Shown here: piece by piece, positions 35,120-49,900 of the stretch
Layout: each line of letters begins with the position of its first letter
Position numbering within the stretch: the stretch's first letter is position 1
Assembly (NCBI GenBank): GCA_044892525.1
Contig: CM097885.1
Coordinates: 30,072,001-30,136,000, forward strand
From: Schmidtea polychroa
Taxonomy: Eukaryota
Reading direction: 5' to 3'
Length of the DNA stretch: 64,000 nt
Position numbers and translations under genes: made by a program
The notes under the pieces: model-generated
What the model saw: only the letters and a program-made list of their open reading frames with translations
The model's database searches: none
What the model was told of the DNA's origin: nothing

Positions 35120-35900
35120 GGAGTTTATAATCTATTGCGTTGTATCATTATCGCCTAATACTAATTAGATATCCTCAAATTATAAACCCATTTTATCGTA
35201 TATTATAAAATTTTAAAATCCATTTTATTCTCAAACTGTAAAGTCATATATCCATTTTATTATATTATTCCCATTCAATATTATTTATATATCAAAAAAC
35301 CCAAATCCATTTATTGTATTAACCATCATTTAAGATTACTCGGATATCAAAAAATTTTTAAATCCATTTTGCTGTAATATCATCACTTAGTAGTAATTAG
35401 ATACCATCAGACCATAAATCCATTTTGTTGCATATTATAAAATTTTTACTCCATTTTGTCCTCAAACGGTAAAGTTGTATATCCATTTTATCGTATTATT
35501 CTCATTCAATATTATTTATATATTAACAACCCAAATCCATCTATTGTATTAACTATCATTTAAGATTAGTCACATATCATAAAATGCTAAATCCTTTTTA
35601 TTGTATCATTATCACTTAATATTAACCAGATACCACCAAATTATAAATCCATTTTATCGTATACTAAAAAATTTGAAAACCATTCTATTTTAAACTGTAA
35701 AGTCATATATCCATTTGATTGTATTATTCTCATTTAATATTATTTATATATCATAAAAACCCAAATCCAATTATTGTGTTAATTATCATTTAAGATAATT
35801 TAGATGTCCTAAAATTCTAAATCCATTTTATTGCAGTATCATCATTTAATATTATTTAGATACTTAAAATTATAAACCCAATTTACAGTATTCATTACAT
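35120..35900. repeat. Tandem repeat, ~238-bp unit x3, built from ATCCATTT subrepeats
   Basis: TATTATTTATATAT...CCCAAATCCA recurs at ~35280, 35510 and 35740. AAATCCATTTT motifs recur throughout. Confidence 0.8.
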
Positions 35901-36929
35901 TCATTATTCTGAGATTACAAACCCTTTTGATGGTATTGTTATCATCCAAAATTATTGGGATGTTGCCTCGAATTACCAACCTGATTTAGCTGATTTATTA
36001 ACAATAGAGTTACAGATAAGTCAATTAAGTTCTATCTATATTTGGCCTTCACCCTTACCCTTAACCCCACCCCAGCCCACCTATTAATTATATACCTCAT
36101 TTAACTAATTTATAGATTTATTAAAATGCTACTATAAATAGAAAAATTCAAAATTAACTTTATTGATTTATTTTTGCTCATGATGAGAATCCGCCAATAG
36201 GGCCACTGCTATTAATAGCAACAACCTTACCAACTAAAAGGGGCCTCGTCAAACTCACCCTGACTGCCCAAATAGGCGATGCATACATTTTTTAAAAAAG
36301 CGCCAATCACCGTTGACCATGTCGTTCGGGACATTGATTCTCGTGCGAAACCTATCACACCCGCGCGAACCTAATCCAGGATACCCAGTAGTCAACCTAT
36401 GCATGACAAGAAAACCTTCTCATTCCGTTCGTTTCTACAGGACTAGCTACCTAAGTCAAGATATAAAATCATAACCCAGAATTAATAATTAGTCAACGTT
36501 TTATGATATATTACCATAAATTTATGAATTACTTTAATGTAAATAAAAGCACTTACAAAACTATCCAATAATTCTTGCATATCGCGAATCATAGGTTAAT
36601 TTGGTAAAAGAATCAATGAAATTACCCAACAACTAGTTCGTAAAGTAGTAGGATAAAATTAATTATCTGGTTGAATTTAATGAAATGTGATAACCAACGA
36701 GATCCCAATTCCTGAAATTAAATCATGTCAAAGTTATAAGAAAGTTACTTGGCGAACGATGTTGAAGTGAAAGCCACTCACTACCACTACGGTTAGGGAT
36801 TGCTAGGGACCAGGTGCGAATCTAGGACTCATAGCGAATACCCCTCCCATAATAAGTCTGAGTAGCACAATTTTGTGAAGCACATTAGGATAAAGAAAAA
36901 AAGAAAAAAAGGAACTACGAAATTATTAG

Positions 36930-37460
36930 AATTATGATGATTACTTAATATAATGGGGAATTAAATTTTGAAGCAGATAAACAAGAATCTGAAATTTTAA
37001 TTTTTATTTCCCCTATTTTGTGAGATTTAAATTTATTAATTTTGAACTTAAATATCTGGTAATTTATAACTTCTAAACTATTAATTAATTTATAATATAA
37101 ACTTTCTTTAGATTTACAGATATTTCTCAGGATACAGTGCCTTTTTGCGAAGTTGAAGATCTGGCAATGTAAGATTTATTCATTAAAATATAAAACATTA
37201 AAATATTTTACAGTATAGCAGATATTTCTTATTAAACGCTGCCTTTTTGTGAAGGTAGCATTTCAAATATTGAAGAAGGTCCTTTAACATCTTTCAATTT
37301 GCAGGGAAAAAATCGCAAATCGTAAATTTTAATAAATTATTTTAACAAATTAATATTTTAATAGAATTACAGAAAATAGAATTACAAATTACTTGAAATC
37401 CCCAAAAATTCGATTATTTCAATAATTTATAAATATAAAAAAACGCAGAAATCACCAAAG
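36930..37460 (+). mobile_element. 5' fragment of an intron-containing IS630/Tc1 transposon (homolog of 53640-54920)
   Basis: 37095-37450 is the inverted homolog of 54535-54905. GT-AG introns at 37059-37111, 37169-37213 and 37322-37364. Confidence 0.7.
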
Positions 37461-38359
37461 GAAAAAGAAACTATTTTATCCATATACGTCGCTTCTTTCC
37501 TAAATGTCTTAAAAATATTAATGTATTTGGTGATTACTTTATTTATTTATAGTTAAAAATATATCTAACTTACATTTTAGCGAAATAATTCCAAAAAATG
37601 CATAAAATGTCATAAAATTCTTAAAAAAACACCTGAAATTTAATTATCAATATTTTATATTATAAATGCTGACTACAAGTAATATTTAAGAGCTTGAATA
37701 ATGATCTCATAATTCAAGTCTTAAAAGTTACTTAAAATTAAAAAATTTACCTGAAAACGATTTTTCAAAAATGAAGTTAAGTAATCATTTTCACATAAAT
37801 GTTGACTCACCTCAACTGGTGTGCACACCAACGTACATTATAAACAGTGTTAACTTTCGGGATTAGGTGTAGAGTAGGAGGTAAAATCAACCAGACGTGT
37901 AAAATGATACATAGTTCTCTACTAGTACACAAAACATCACTGAGATACGTTTCCTATAAAAGGAAAAAATCAATAATCGTACATTATAGAAATATACATA
38001 CTTACTTTGATTTCACGCTGATGTTCTCATGATATACATCTTAAAAATATAGAAATCTAAAAAGTGGAAGAAAAATTAAATGCTGGACACAAAAACAACA
38101 CATACTAAAAAACACATACAAACTTTCGATTCATAGAAATGCACTGAGATACGTTTCTATAATAACTTTATTTTAGACAATTTTTAGAAAAAAAGAGATC
38201 GATGAAAATTTTTTAAAATATATTTTTAATGAAATTATCAAGAGCAGATGAATTTGGTTCAATGTCTTTTCAATCTAGATTTTATTTAACGAAAGAAGCC
38301 TCTTATATTGAGCTCAGAAAAAAAATTAAAAAATTAAAAAAAATTATTTTATTCTTATT

Positions 38360-38800
38360 TACACCGAGAACACCCTTTCCTAACCGTCTGGACCTGCTAA
38401 TACTGTAACATGAAGTCTGATTGAATGACCATCTTTCCATTTGTAAATGACCTCCGACAAACCAACGACTTTGGCGGTACTGAAACTGTGTTTTTCGTGC
38501 TTCGTCAGTCAGTGATAAATTAGAGAAACGCTAATTCACCACTGATCTTTGTAGACATTGTTACGCAAGAAACACCTGGGATTGAGGCAGTACATCACAC
38601 GATAACTTACCAGTATAATATTGAAACAGATATTGGATAGTTTGCATCATTTTGCAATTAAATATGATAATGGAAACATATTTTATAGATAACTTCAAAA
38701 TCACGGAAATATTAGGTATGGTAGTTGTTGAACACGCAACTCATCTTTGCAACGGCTCTAAACCACTTATACAACATCGCCTTCAACTACTTCCGTGTAT
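38360..38800 (-). pseudogene. Possible highly decayed Gypsy gag/protease relic
   Basis: Minus strand FQYYTGKLSCDVLP weakly resembles the FQ(L/I)DTGAxCxVLP protease motif. Confidence 0.25.
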
Positions 38801-39430
38801 CATCTAAGTTTTTCTTATAGCTATGGTTAACGAATTCAGAATTTAAATTTCAAGCCACTCTAACCTAGCAATAATTCCCCTTGAGAATATTCATTTAAAT
38901 TCAAAGCATAGAAATATTTTAAAATTCCTGTTACAAAACGAAAAGAATAGAAAAATGCAAATCATTCTATTGGAGGAGAACTTTTTTGGAGTAGTTTCGG
39001 TAACAAAGTTCATCTATTTGTTAACGACCACGTTACACATTCCCAATATAGTTGCTAATGAAGGTAGCCGTTGGTTAAGCGATGCAAGAAAGAAAAATCC
39101 TTTGAAATTTGGATTTAATTTAAATCGAAGTATAAAATTTCATTGCATATTATTTATTTTCAAATTCAATTATTTTATGTTCAGAATTGAAAAATTGCTT
39201 CAAAAACAAAGGTAAACATTTATCTATTAAAAAAATTCTCTCGTGTTGTTTAATTCTTTAAAATGTATTAAAAATTAAACAATTATTTAAAAATTTATAT
39301 TTAGTATGAACAGTATTGGTATTTGTATTACTTAACAATTCTTAAATTTGTTAATTTTCATTGCAAAATATTTTAGCGAAATTTTAATGTTTATTTATTT
39401 TAGCTAATCTAGTTTTTTAAATAATTTACA

Positions 39431-42400
39431 ATGAAAGAAGTAAATTATACTTCTTTAGGTCGTCAAAAATCTAAAAACAATGATTGTGAAAAATGTTTGA
39501 AATCATGGATAAAAACATTATTATTATTCTTTAATATATTATTAATGGTTAATGTTATATTTTGCAATATTCTATAATGATTAGTCATAGGCCGGTAGTA
39601 TTGGTGTTATAATATATTGTTCTATTTATTTTTACCGAAGAGAAAGCTATGTTGCCATTTTAGTGGGAACAAATATGTTTATAGCATATTATTTGTTAAT
39701 AGTTTCAGGAGTAGCTCTTATTATAATTGTAACGGTTGCATTCATTGGAATTGGGAAAAATATTATCAAAATTATTTATACAGTAAATTCTTAGTTTTAT
39801 TATAATTTAAAAATCATTAAAAATATTATTTTCCAATATATGAATTAATTTAATTTATATTTATTATTATTAGTTTAGAATAATAAATTAAGTTATAAAA
39901 AATTTTTTAGTGGTAGTAAATGAAAATTGATTTGTAACCCTTCTACATTACAGTTGTGGAAATTTTGGTGGGATTATAAATAGATAGGAAAAGATTGGTA
40001 GAGATCTCTTGGAGGAATAAATGAAAGACTACAAACTGATTAATTAAAAATTGTTTACCTCATCAATCATCGTAATGTAGAAAGAGAAATTTATTTTGGA
40101 TAGGAGATTACAAAGTGAAAAGTGAAGGTTTTGAGGAATTATATAATCATTAATCATTGGAATAACTCAATTTTAAAAAATGAAGATGGAGAATAAAAAC
40201 GAAGGAAAAATATAGTTACACGATTTTAACATTAAAATTCCAGATAGTTTTTGACGTCCATCAAGCACTTTTGGTTACATGATTTGTATTTTTTAAAAGT
40301 TTTTTTAATTAAAAACAAAAATTAAACATTTAAAATTATTTAAAAATTACAATAAAACTAAAATAAATTCTATTTTGTTTAAATGAATGAATTTGAAAAA
40401 ATTTAAACAAAAATATAAAGGGAGTTGGATTTTACATAAAAATCCATGCTTTGCTATATTTCAATTGATTGGTTCCAAATCGATAACGAAAAAGGGTCAT
40501 ATTGTGTGCTGATCTATGGGAAATCTAATTGATTGAAATTTGGTGTAAATAAGGGGAGCAAATAATTTTAATAACAAATTCAAACTCATAAACAACACAA
40601 TTAACCACAATGTCGCTTATAATGATCATTTTATTCTAGAAAAAAGTAGTTCAAATCTATCAACGAAATTCATAATTATTCGAATAATTTCATTTGAATT
40701 TAATATATTATAAACTAATTTAAAATCGATGTTTTGATTTTAAATTTAAAGATTTTTTGAAATTAATATATATTTTAATATATTTTAATATATATTTGAA
40801 TTGAAATATTATTTTAAATTTTATTATATACTTGTAATTTTACATCGATAATAAATAATAAATATACCCTTGTGACCAGAGCCGTAGCTAGGGGGTGGCG
40901 AATGGGGCGACCGCCCGGGCGCCGAGTCGAAGGGCGCCAAAACTGTGAAATGATTATTTAAATTTTTTGTTTTTCTTTTTTTCATATTAAATTTTTATAT
41001 TCTGCTTTCCATGTTTACCGTTTTCAAAAGTTAAACTAAAACAAAACTGTTTCGCTGGTCTATCTAAAGGTTTTTGCAAACGGGCGACTAAATCCGAAGG
41101 TGGCTGATCATGAAAACAGTTTTGAGCATAGAAAATGCTGCTTAGCCTGGAAAGATCTTGGAAATCATTTGATAGAAGGAAGGACAATTGATGATAATGA
41201 TTATAGATATCGTTGATATATTATAATAGTAACCTTAATAGGAACTTAATGATCAAACTCTGAACTTATAATATAAGTTTGGTTAAGCATTGTATAGCTT
41301 TGCATCTTAATTTGACTCTTCAAGACCAATTCCATTCCTGTAAGTACACAATTAATGGAAGTGGTGGATTCTTTTAGCACCAGGGGCGCCAAATTTCAAT
41401 CTCGCCTGGGCGCCATTTTCCCTAGCTACGGCTCTGCTTGCGACATGTTGAGTGTGACCAATACCAATAGGGGTACAGAATATCTTGTTGGATAAAGTCT
41501 ATATAAGAACTTACAATATGCTACCCAAATGGTCTTTATTGAATAATTTGTTGTATATAGATTTGTATAGATACATCAAAATACTGATATTCATAAATTA
41601 ACTAAAAATACTCAAAATTTTAAAGAATTTTGAGGAAAATAATCATGAAAATATTGAAATTAATCATGAAATGGATGCAGAAATTAAGTTTTATGAAATA
41701 ATAATGAAACTTCGAAAATAAAATAATAATAATAATAATATACCCTTGTGACATGTTGAGTGTGAGCAGTACCCACAGGGGGACAAAATATCTTGTCGAA
41801 TAAACTCTTATAATATATAATAAACTATATATATAATAATATTATTCCACCGCGTACCCCTTTGAACAACCTTTAAAATGAGCTATTGTTCAATGAAATC
41901 CATTGGTGAGAACTCTGAAAATTTAAATTTAAAAAACATGACTTTAAAAAATAATAATAATAATAAAAATTCCTATAATAAAACTAATATTAATAATAAA
42001 TATACCCTTGCGACATGTTGAGTGTGACCAATACCCATAGGGGGACAGAATATCTTGTTGGATATATATATGCTTGAGATAATGTATAAATATCAGTTTT
42101 GTGTCTTCGTTAACAGTTGACTTTGAAAAAGTACAGTTTTGAAATCCATTTTATATTTTAATTTTATATTTTTGACTTATTTTTACTGGATAACGTTTGA
42201 ATGCTTACAAATTAAACTATTTTAGCATAATAATTTATATTTTCAGTACGTAATTTTGCTGGCATTAATATTTCTTTTGGAAGCGTTATCAGTTGGATCA
42301 GCAATTTATTATGGTTCATTTTTCATGGATGTATTCAAATTGGATTTGAAAGAGACTATGACTACAAATTACAAATTAGGCAATACCCGAATAATTGAAG

Positions 42401-43838
42401 CGACAGATAATTTGCAAATCAAATATAAATGTTGTGGATCAGTGTATTACACCGATTGGATTGAAAGTGGTTATGGGAATCAGCAAAATTTAACCAACCC
42501 AAAAATACGCAATCGTGTTCCAGAATCCTGTTGTAGAACTCGGGTACAAGCTTGTGGACAGATAACTCATCCATCAAACATTTACCATCAAGTAATACAC
42601 ATCGACTTTTACTGATCTAAATATTATTTAAAACAATATTCGAACGTGCTGTAAATGTTCAATAATTGATTTCATTAAATTCCTACACTATTATTTACAT
42701 TAAAAATTACAACTTTCTTTATATACATTTATTATAATCAATTTTACAATCTATATTACAATCTATATTACAATCTATATTACAATCTATATTACAATCT
42801 ATATTACAATCTATATTACAATCTATATTACAATCTATATTACAATCTATATTACAATCTATATTACAATCTATATTACAATCTATATTACAATCTATAT
42901 TACAATCTATATTACAATCTATATGACCATGTATTTCTCGCAATGATATATTATGCTCAATGATCATCTCAATAAATTAGAAAAGAATTGTTACCCTATA
43001 ATATATATTTCTAAACAATATGCACCTTAATTGGTTAAATGATAACCCATTATGATTCCTTTAAATATTTTGCCTTGAACAAAGATAGAAATTTACTCCA
43101 AATGATAATTGCTACCAAAATTATCAATGAATATATTAATGACCATGCATTTCTCACGAAGATATATGAATTATCAATGAAATTTTGATAATTATTGTAA
43201 TGTACATTAGATGAATAAATTACCTATAAAATGCTAAATATTCAAATTTTACTAAATTACCTTTTGCTCAATATTATTTAAATGACTAAAAATGACAAAA
43301 TTAACCAATAAATTAGTCGCTCGAAATATACTAAAGAATTCGGTAAATTACATTTAAAATATTCTAATTATTCATGAATATCTGATAAAGATATATATGA
43401 GCATTTATTTCTCACTAAATCACCTAAGAATGGTTACCATATATTTCTAACTAATATACATTTGCTTTAGTTTGCTAATTAATATATCCTTGCAACATGT
43501 TGAGTGTGACCAATACCCATAGGGGACAAAATATCTCGTTGGATAAACGCTGAGTATATATAAGAACTTACAATATGGTATCCAAAGGGTCTTTATTGAT
43601 TAATTTGTTGTATATAGATTTGTATAGATACATCAAAATACTGATATTCATAAATTAACTAAAAATACTCAAAAATTTGAAGAATTTTGAAGAAAATAAT
43701 CATGAAAATATTTAATATGATGAAAATGTTGAAAATTATGAGAATGTTCCTGAAAATAATCATGAAAATATTGAAATTAATCATGAAATGGATGCAGAAA
43801 TTAAGTTTTATGAAATAATAATGAAACTTCGAAAATAA

Positions 43839-43932
<94 letters not shown>

Positions 43933-46899
43933 TACCCTTGTGACATGTTGAGTGTAAGCATTACCCACAGGGGACAAAATATCTTGTCGGATAAACTCTG
44001 AGTATGTATAATAAACTATATATAATAATATTATTCCTCCGCTTACCCCTTTGAACAACCTTTATTGTTCAATGAAATCCATTGGGGGAACTCTGAAAAT
44101 TTTTATTTAAAAAACATGACCTTGAAAAATAATAATAATGATAATAATAATAATAATAATAAAGTATAAAATGAGGATTTCTCGGTAGCAGCATTTAAAA
44201 CAATAAAATGATAATTTAAGTCTTTTGCTGTAAATCAGGGGTTCTTAACCTTTTAAAACTTATGGACCCCATCAATATATAATTGGTACCGCTGGACCAC
44301 TGAAATTGTAAAAATTTAATAAATTGATAGTAAAACACATACATATTTTAATAATTATTTATAAATCTATTTATTCAGCTTCAAACAAAAATAATAAAAG
44401 ATTTTTGTAAATAGTTCCGCGGACCCCATGGGGGGTCTATGGACCCCAGGTTAAGAACCACTGCTGTAAATAATGTATTTAATGAAAAAAATTTCGACTA
44501 TAAGATAGTACTTGTCTAGATAGGAGATTGACAAGGACTATCTCATCCTTAAACTTTGCGATCACAGATCCTGTGTAAATTTAATAGCTCTGTGAATATT
44601 TACAACAACCGCACCCAGTTCTAAATAAAGGTTAAGGAGTCTCCAATAAAGAATGTGATTTTTTTTGGATAATGCGTGAGTATTAACTTCTCAACTTTTG
44701 AACCACGTGGATAAATCTTTTCCGCAATAAGATGGAAATCATTCAAATAATCATGCAAACGATAAAATATATTGATATCAACTTCAATCGAGTGACCTTA
44801 TGGAAGCATTTCAATTTCAGAATCCAAACATTCAATCAATACATTATCGAAATTATTATGCACCCAACTAAAATCAGCATACAGAAATGTATTCAATAAT
44901 ATACATACATAAACAATATTTTTTAATCTTATTTCGTACAAATTTTTTTACTGCTAATTCCTCGATAATATCATTAAAATTTATCTGTTTTGTTACCTCC
45001 TGCTCTATTGACAACATGGCCACCCCCTCTAACCTATCTTATTGCATGGTTGATTTTAGATAATTTTTAATTAACTGTAATTTGGAAAAACTGTGTTCGT
45101 CGGAAGCTACTGAAACAGGCGCTGTTAGCATATTTCTCAATGCTATATATGTATTGGGATAGATATTATCTTTGCAAATTTGTTTCAGTCAATCTAATGG
45201 GTTGTATTCTCTTGAATAATTTGTGTCAAAATTTTGTCCTATCTACTAATAATTGTGAAAGCGCGGGGCCTCGGGAAAAATCCCCGAAGTTCCGACCTCT
45301 GAGCCGGCTCTGCACACAATCATCAATAAAATGAAAATACTCTGTAGTATTATTGTAATTATTAATTAATGAATGACTCGCTATGATTGAAATGTGTATT
45401 TGGTAGAGTTTTACATCTTTCGGTAGATATCGGCATATATCGAGTGTCAAAAGCACCTTTTAATCTAAATCAATTTAAACCGCTTAAATAAATAAATATG
45501 ACGAATATATTTTATAACTAAGCTTTATTTGAACAAAATTTCAATAAGCAAATAATTCAAAATGATAGTTTACACAGTACCCAAAAGATAGCGACTTTTA
45601 TAACAGAAAGATAATCGGTTGTACAAACCGTCCTCAGATACAAACTGCCAAAAGCTAGGGCTAAGATTTACTACAGCTCTAGGCCAAGATTATTGGTAAC
45701 AAGATTGGAGGGAACCAGAAATTTAACGCTATCGTAACACCCAAATGTAGTGTTTCGTCTAACTCTTAAAACTATTACTTGAGATTTTATAATTTATCCT
45801 AGAGACGAAAAGTAACACTATAGTACTGCGCATCTAATCGACCGGGTTTGAGATTGCCCCAATGAATTTAAGTAATTAGGTAAAAATAACAAATTTTGCA
45901 ATGGCTACATGAAGTTTAACGTATTCAAATTTTTTTTCACTGCTTAAAACTAAACTATTTATATACGATCTGAAATGTGTTGCTCTACGTATTGCTTGTC
46001 ACAGAATAATCTACGTACAGAATATTTTGAAAACAACTGATTCAACGTAAATTTTTTTGGTGCTACGTACAATCTTCAAAAAGTATCTACTACGTATATT
46101 TTTACAGTTTGTTTTCGTTCAGGTCCATAGTTTGACCTTCTATTTATATTAGAGATACTTATATTAATTTATATTAATATTAATAATAATAGTAATATTA
46201 TTTATCTATTACCTATTTTTCTGGACTAATCTCCGTTGGCCTAACCCTAACATAACTATGCCCCTATTTTATTACAAATTAAATGACACAAAAAATTTCC
46301 CTCTACAATAACTAATGATTAAGAAATGTAAAATCAACAATCTTTTGAAATGGCATATTTTTAGGGATGTGTGTCAAAATTCTATGAAGCCGTATCTAAG
46401 AATCTTAGCATAGTGCAATATATTGCTCTAGGATGTTTAGTAGCTCAAGTTAGTCTTTTATTATTTTCAAATTATTGCTATCATTATTATTATTATTATT
46501 ATTACAATCTATAACCCGTCAAAAATGACGGAATCATGTTATCAATCCAAATTCATAATTATCTATATATTTGTATGTTTAAAAAAGACAATAATTAGTT
46601 TATTTATATTTATTTTTATTCAATAACTATTTAATGGCAATATTTTTGGTATTATTGTATGATAGATAACCGTTAAAAAAGAATTAATAGTTCAAATTGG
46701 ACAAATTATGCATCATTCGATAGAGAAAAGTCAATTTTCAGATAACATTAAAATTAAAATGCCATGTTGTCGATCACAATTAAAAGTTATAATAAAATTT
46801 GCCATTTGGTGATTTTAATTAAGCGTTATTCTATAATCACTCATTCACATACATATATCGAGAAATATGGATTTAGATAATTTATTATTAATATTATTA

Positions 46900-46991
<92 letters not shown>

Positions 46992-49900
46992 TAATTGTTA
47001 ACAAGCAAACTCAAAGTAATTTTAAGTTGTTAACAATAATAATACTTTTTTCCATCTTAAATGGATACTTTTGTTCCTTTTAATATATTACCTGCTTTAA
47101 TTTGAATATATAACTGACTTAAAATTTATATACTAAAAATCTTTTTTTTCAATTTTTTTATACCCAGACGTTGAGGCGCTTTGTTAATTATGGGGTTAAA
47201 TTTAGCAGTCACACCCCAACAGTTATCAGATTTATAATTCCTCTTTAATTGTTATATCCAATAGATTAAGGGGCATAGAGATTGTTCAATGTTTAATATA
47301 TAAAATATTTATTCTTTTCTGCTATAGTTAATGATTGAAATATAATCTTACTTTGGTTACAAATCATGGGATCTTCAGACTCTCAGTTTATGTTAAATAC
47401 ATAAATATAATCACTAAAAAATCTAAGATTTCAGATTCTATTCGAAGATAAAATTTAGAAACTAACATACATTTCTATCATCAAGTTCTTTATATTTAAT
47501 TCGATTTTGATTTAAACAAATTTGATTGTAATAATTTACAAACAAATCGAGTTTTGTTTTTACCTCTTTGACCGATGATTTAATATACTGTATCATTTCT
47601 TAATTCCATTAAAATATTATTATTAATGGCCTTTCCAATTGGAAGCATATAAATGACTATTTAAAAAAACATGAAAATGCATCTGAGAATATAAAAAATT
47701 ATTTTAAGTGGATTGAAACAACTGCGAGATTTCACAAAAATAAAGTAATTGACAAAAAATTGCAATCGGTGATTAGTAAAGAAAAAAACATTTGGAAAAT
47801 GTGATGGATAGGCTCTACAATATTGTATTATTTTTTTCAACTAATAATTTGGCTTTCAGTGAATCTTCATATCAGTTATTTACTAAAAATAATGGAGATT
47901 TCTTAGGGCTTGTAGAATTATTAAGTAAATATGATGTAGTCATGCACTAACATGTACGATGCATTCTATCTCATGAAACACGAGCAGACAATTCAAAACG
48001 AAATAATTAATTTTTTGGCACCATCTGTTTGCTAAAATATTACAGCGCGAACCAAAGTGGATAAATATTTTTCTATTATACTAGATTATGTACACCTGAT
48101 ATTAGCCATATTCTCTGTGACATTGCGATTTGTAGATTTAACTGAATTTTTTGTAGTCGTTCAGGAACATTTTATTTCTTTCTACGAAATTGACGAATCT
48201 ACTGGTGAATATATATTTGATAAAACTAAACAACTACTATTGGATTTAAAATTAAATATTTACGATATTAGATGACAGGGTTATGATAATGGCTCAAATA
48301 TGCGAGGAAAAAATAAAGGTGTACAGGCACGCTTGCTTCAAGAAAATCCACGAGCATTTTTCATACCATTCATTAAATTTAGTTATAGAAAATGCAGCAA
48401 TGTCTTGTCCTATTAAATCTATATGTGAAACTCTCTGGGAGAGCCGAATTGATTGTATAAAATCTGGGAGGTTTCAAATAGTTGAAATTCATGATGCATT
48501 CTGCTGATGCAGCGACTTAACATGAATGTTTAACATTAACAGAAAAACTTGGCGAGTATTCTTTCTTTGTTATGTTGGTGACTTGGTACAACATACTTCA
48601 ACGTATAAATGTTGTAAGTAAATCTATGCAAACAAAAGATATGGATTTTAAAACTACTATCAACTTAATGAAATCATGTACAGAATACATTTCCAGCTAC
48701 CGAATAAAACAATTTAAAAACTCTCTTTCTGTAGCTGAAAATTTAGCAAAGCTCCTGGGTTCCGACAAGTCAGATAACCTACTTTAATAAATTATTACCC
48801 AACCAATGTATGGAAAAAGATTGATTTTGCTAATTCTCATAGAAGTTTGAAAAAAAGCTGGCGTGCATTCGAACTACAACACCAGGATACATTGTCGAAC
48901 CACTTGATAAGGCTAAATATTCATAAATCTCTACGAATATCACCAGTTAAGTCTCTTCCAGCTAAATTAATTCCAGAAATAGCATGACATAACACATAAC
49001 TTTCATGAATTGGCATAGTGTGAGATATAGGATTGCTATAGTCCAGAACGAAACCCAGGGAGCGACCTGAAGCGTACAAAGAAAAAGCTGCTTGAATTGC
49101 AACATACATCATTGGTGCATTAAATGTCTCCAACGTAATTTGAGTCATGGATCCTCTGTCAACTTGGGAATATTGAAAAGAACTCCTCGGTCAGTTATTG
49201 AGATTGCATTGCCGGATGCGATAGATTTTAAATGAACGAAGAAATCTTTAGAGCCACTATCATTGTAAAAACTAATGAATTGGTATCTATTCTTTGAGTT
49301 AAACCATTTCATAATGGAAACGAAAAAACGAAACTACAAGAATCTTTATTTTTAAAATATCCGCGAATAAAAATTCGTTTTTAAACAAACCTCTATCAAA
49401 ATTCCAAAAATCACTTAATTATAAAAAATAAAAATTTAAATACATTGCCTCGCGTCTGTCTGCGGACCACAACAGCCAAATACAATCAATACTCAATGCG
49501 CGCACAGACACCATACATAATTAAACTCAGGATTGACCATTGTGTTTGATTTCATTCCTTCATATTCTCCTTAGCTAAATCCATTTAGTATAGTAAAACC
49601 TATTTATTAATTATTTAATTTAACAACAATTCATACATACAATTTTATTAAAAAATTTCAATAATTATTGGGAACGTTACACAAAAAATTTAAAGTACAA
49701 GTATTCACTGCATTCTGCACATTAATTTTCGGATTCAATGACTTTATCAATAGCATCTCGCAGATTACACGTTCCCAATAATTATTGAAATTTTTTAATA
49801 AAATTTTAAAATCAGACATACCTATTTTTCTCTTACAGCCCTTATTGTGCTCAATAATATTGGTCAAAGCTTTCGGTCTACAATGTTCTCGAGCTCGAAT

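Larger units (their letters stand above)
40863..44140 (+). repeat. Cluster of TATACCCTTG(T/C)GACATGTTGAGTGTGA... repeats, including a block duplication 41437-41960 / 43489-44140
   Basis: Copies start at ~40863 (split by the MITE), 41738, 42000, 43484 and 43930, usually after (AAT)n. Confidence 0.85.

Noticed and set aside
36046..36082. Telomere-like CCCTTA/CCCTTAA run
   Set aside because: Too short and degenerate for an interstitial telomeric array.
42719..42967. (IDCN)n repeat protein ORF
   Set aside because: Translation of an intronic 12-bp minisatellite.
40863..44000. CRISPR-like array of ~30-bp conserved repeats
   Set aside because: Spacing is irregular (hundreds to >1000 bp), the intervening DNA is itself duplicated, the context is a eukaryotic intron and there are no cas genes.
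43659..44058. Poly-Ile and poly-Tyr ORFs
   Set aside because: (AAT)n microsatellite artefacts.
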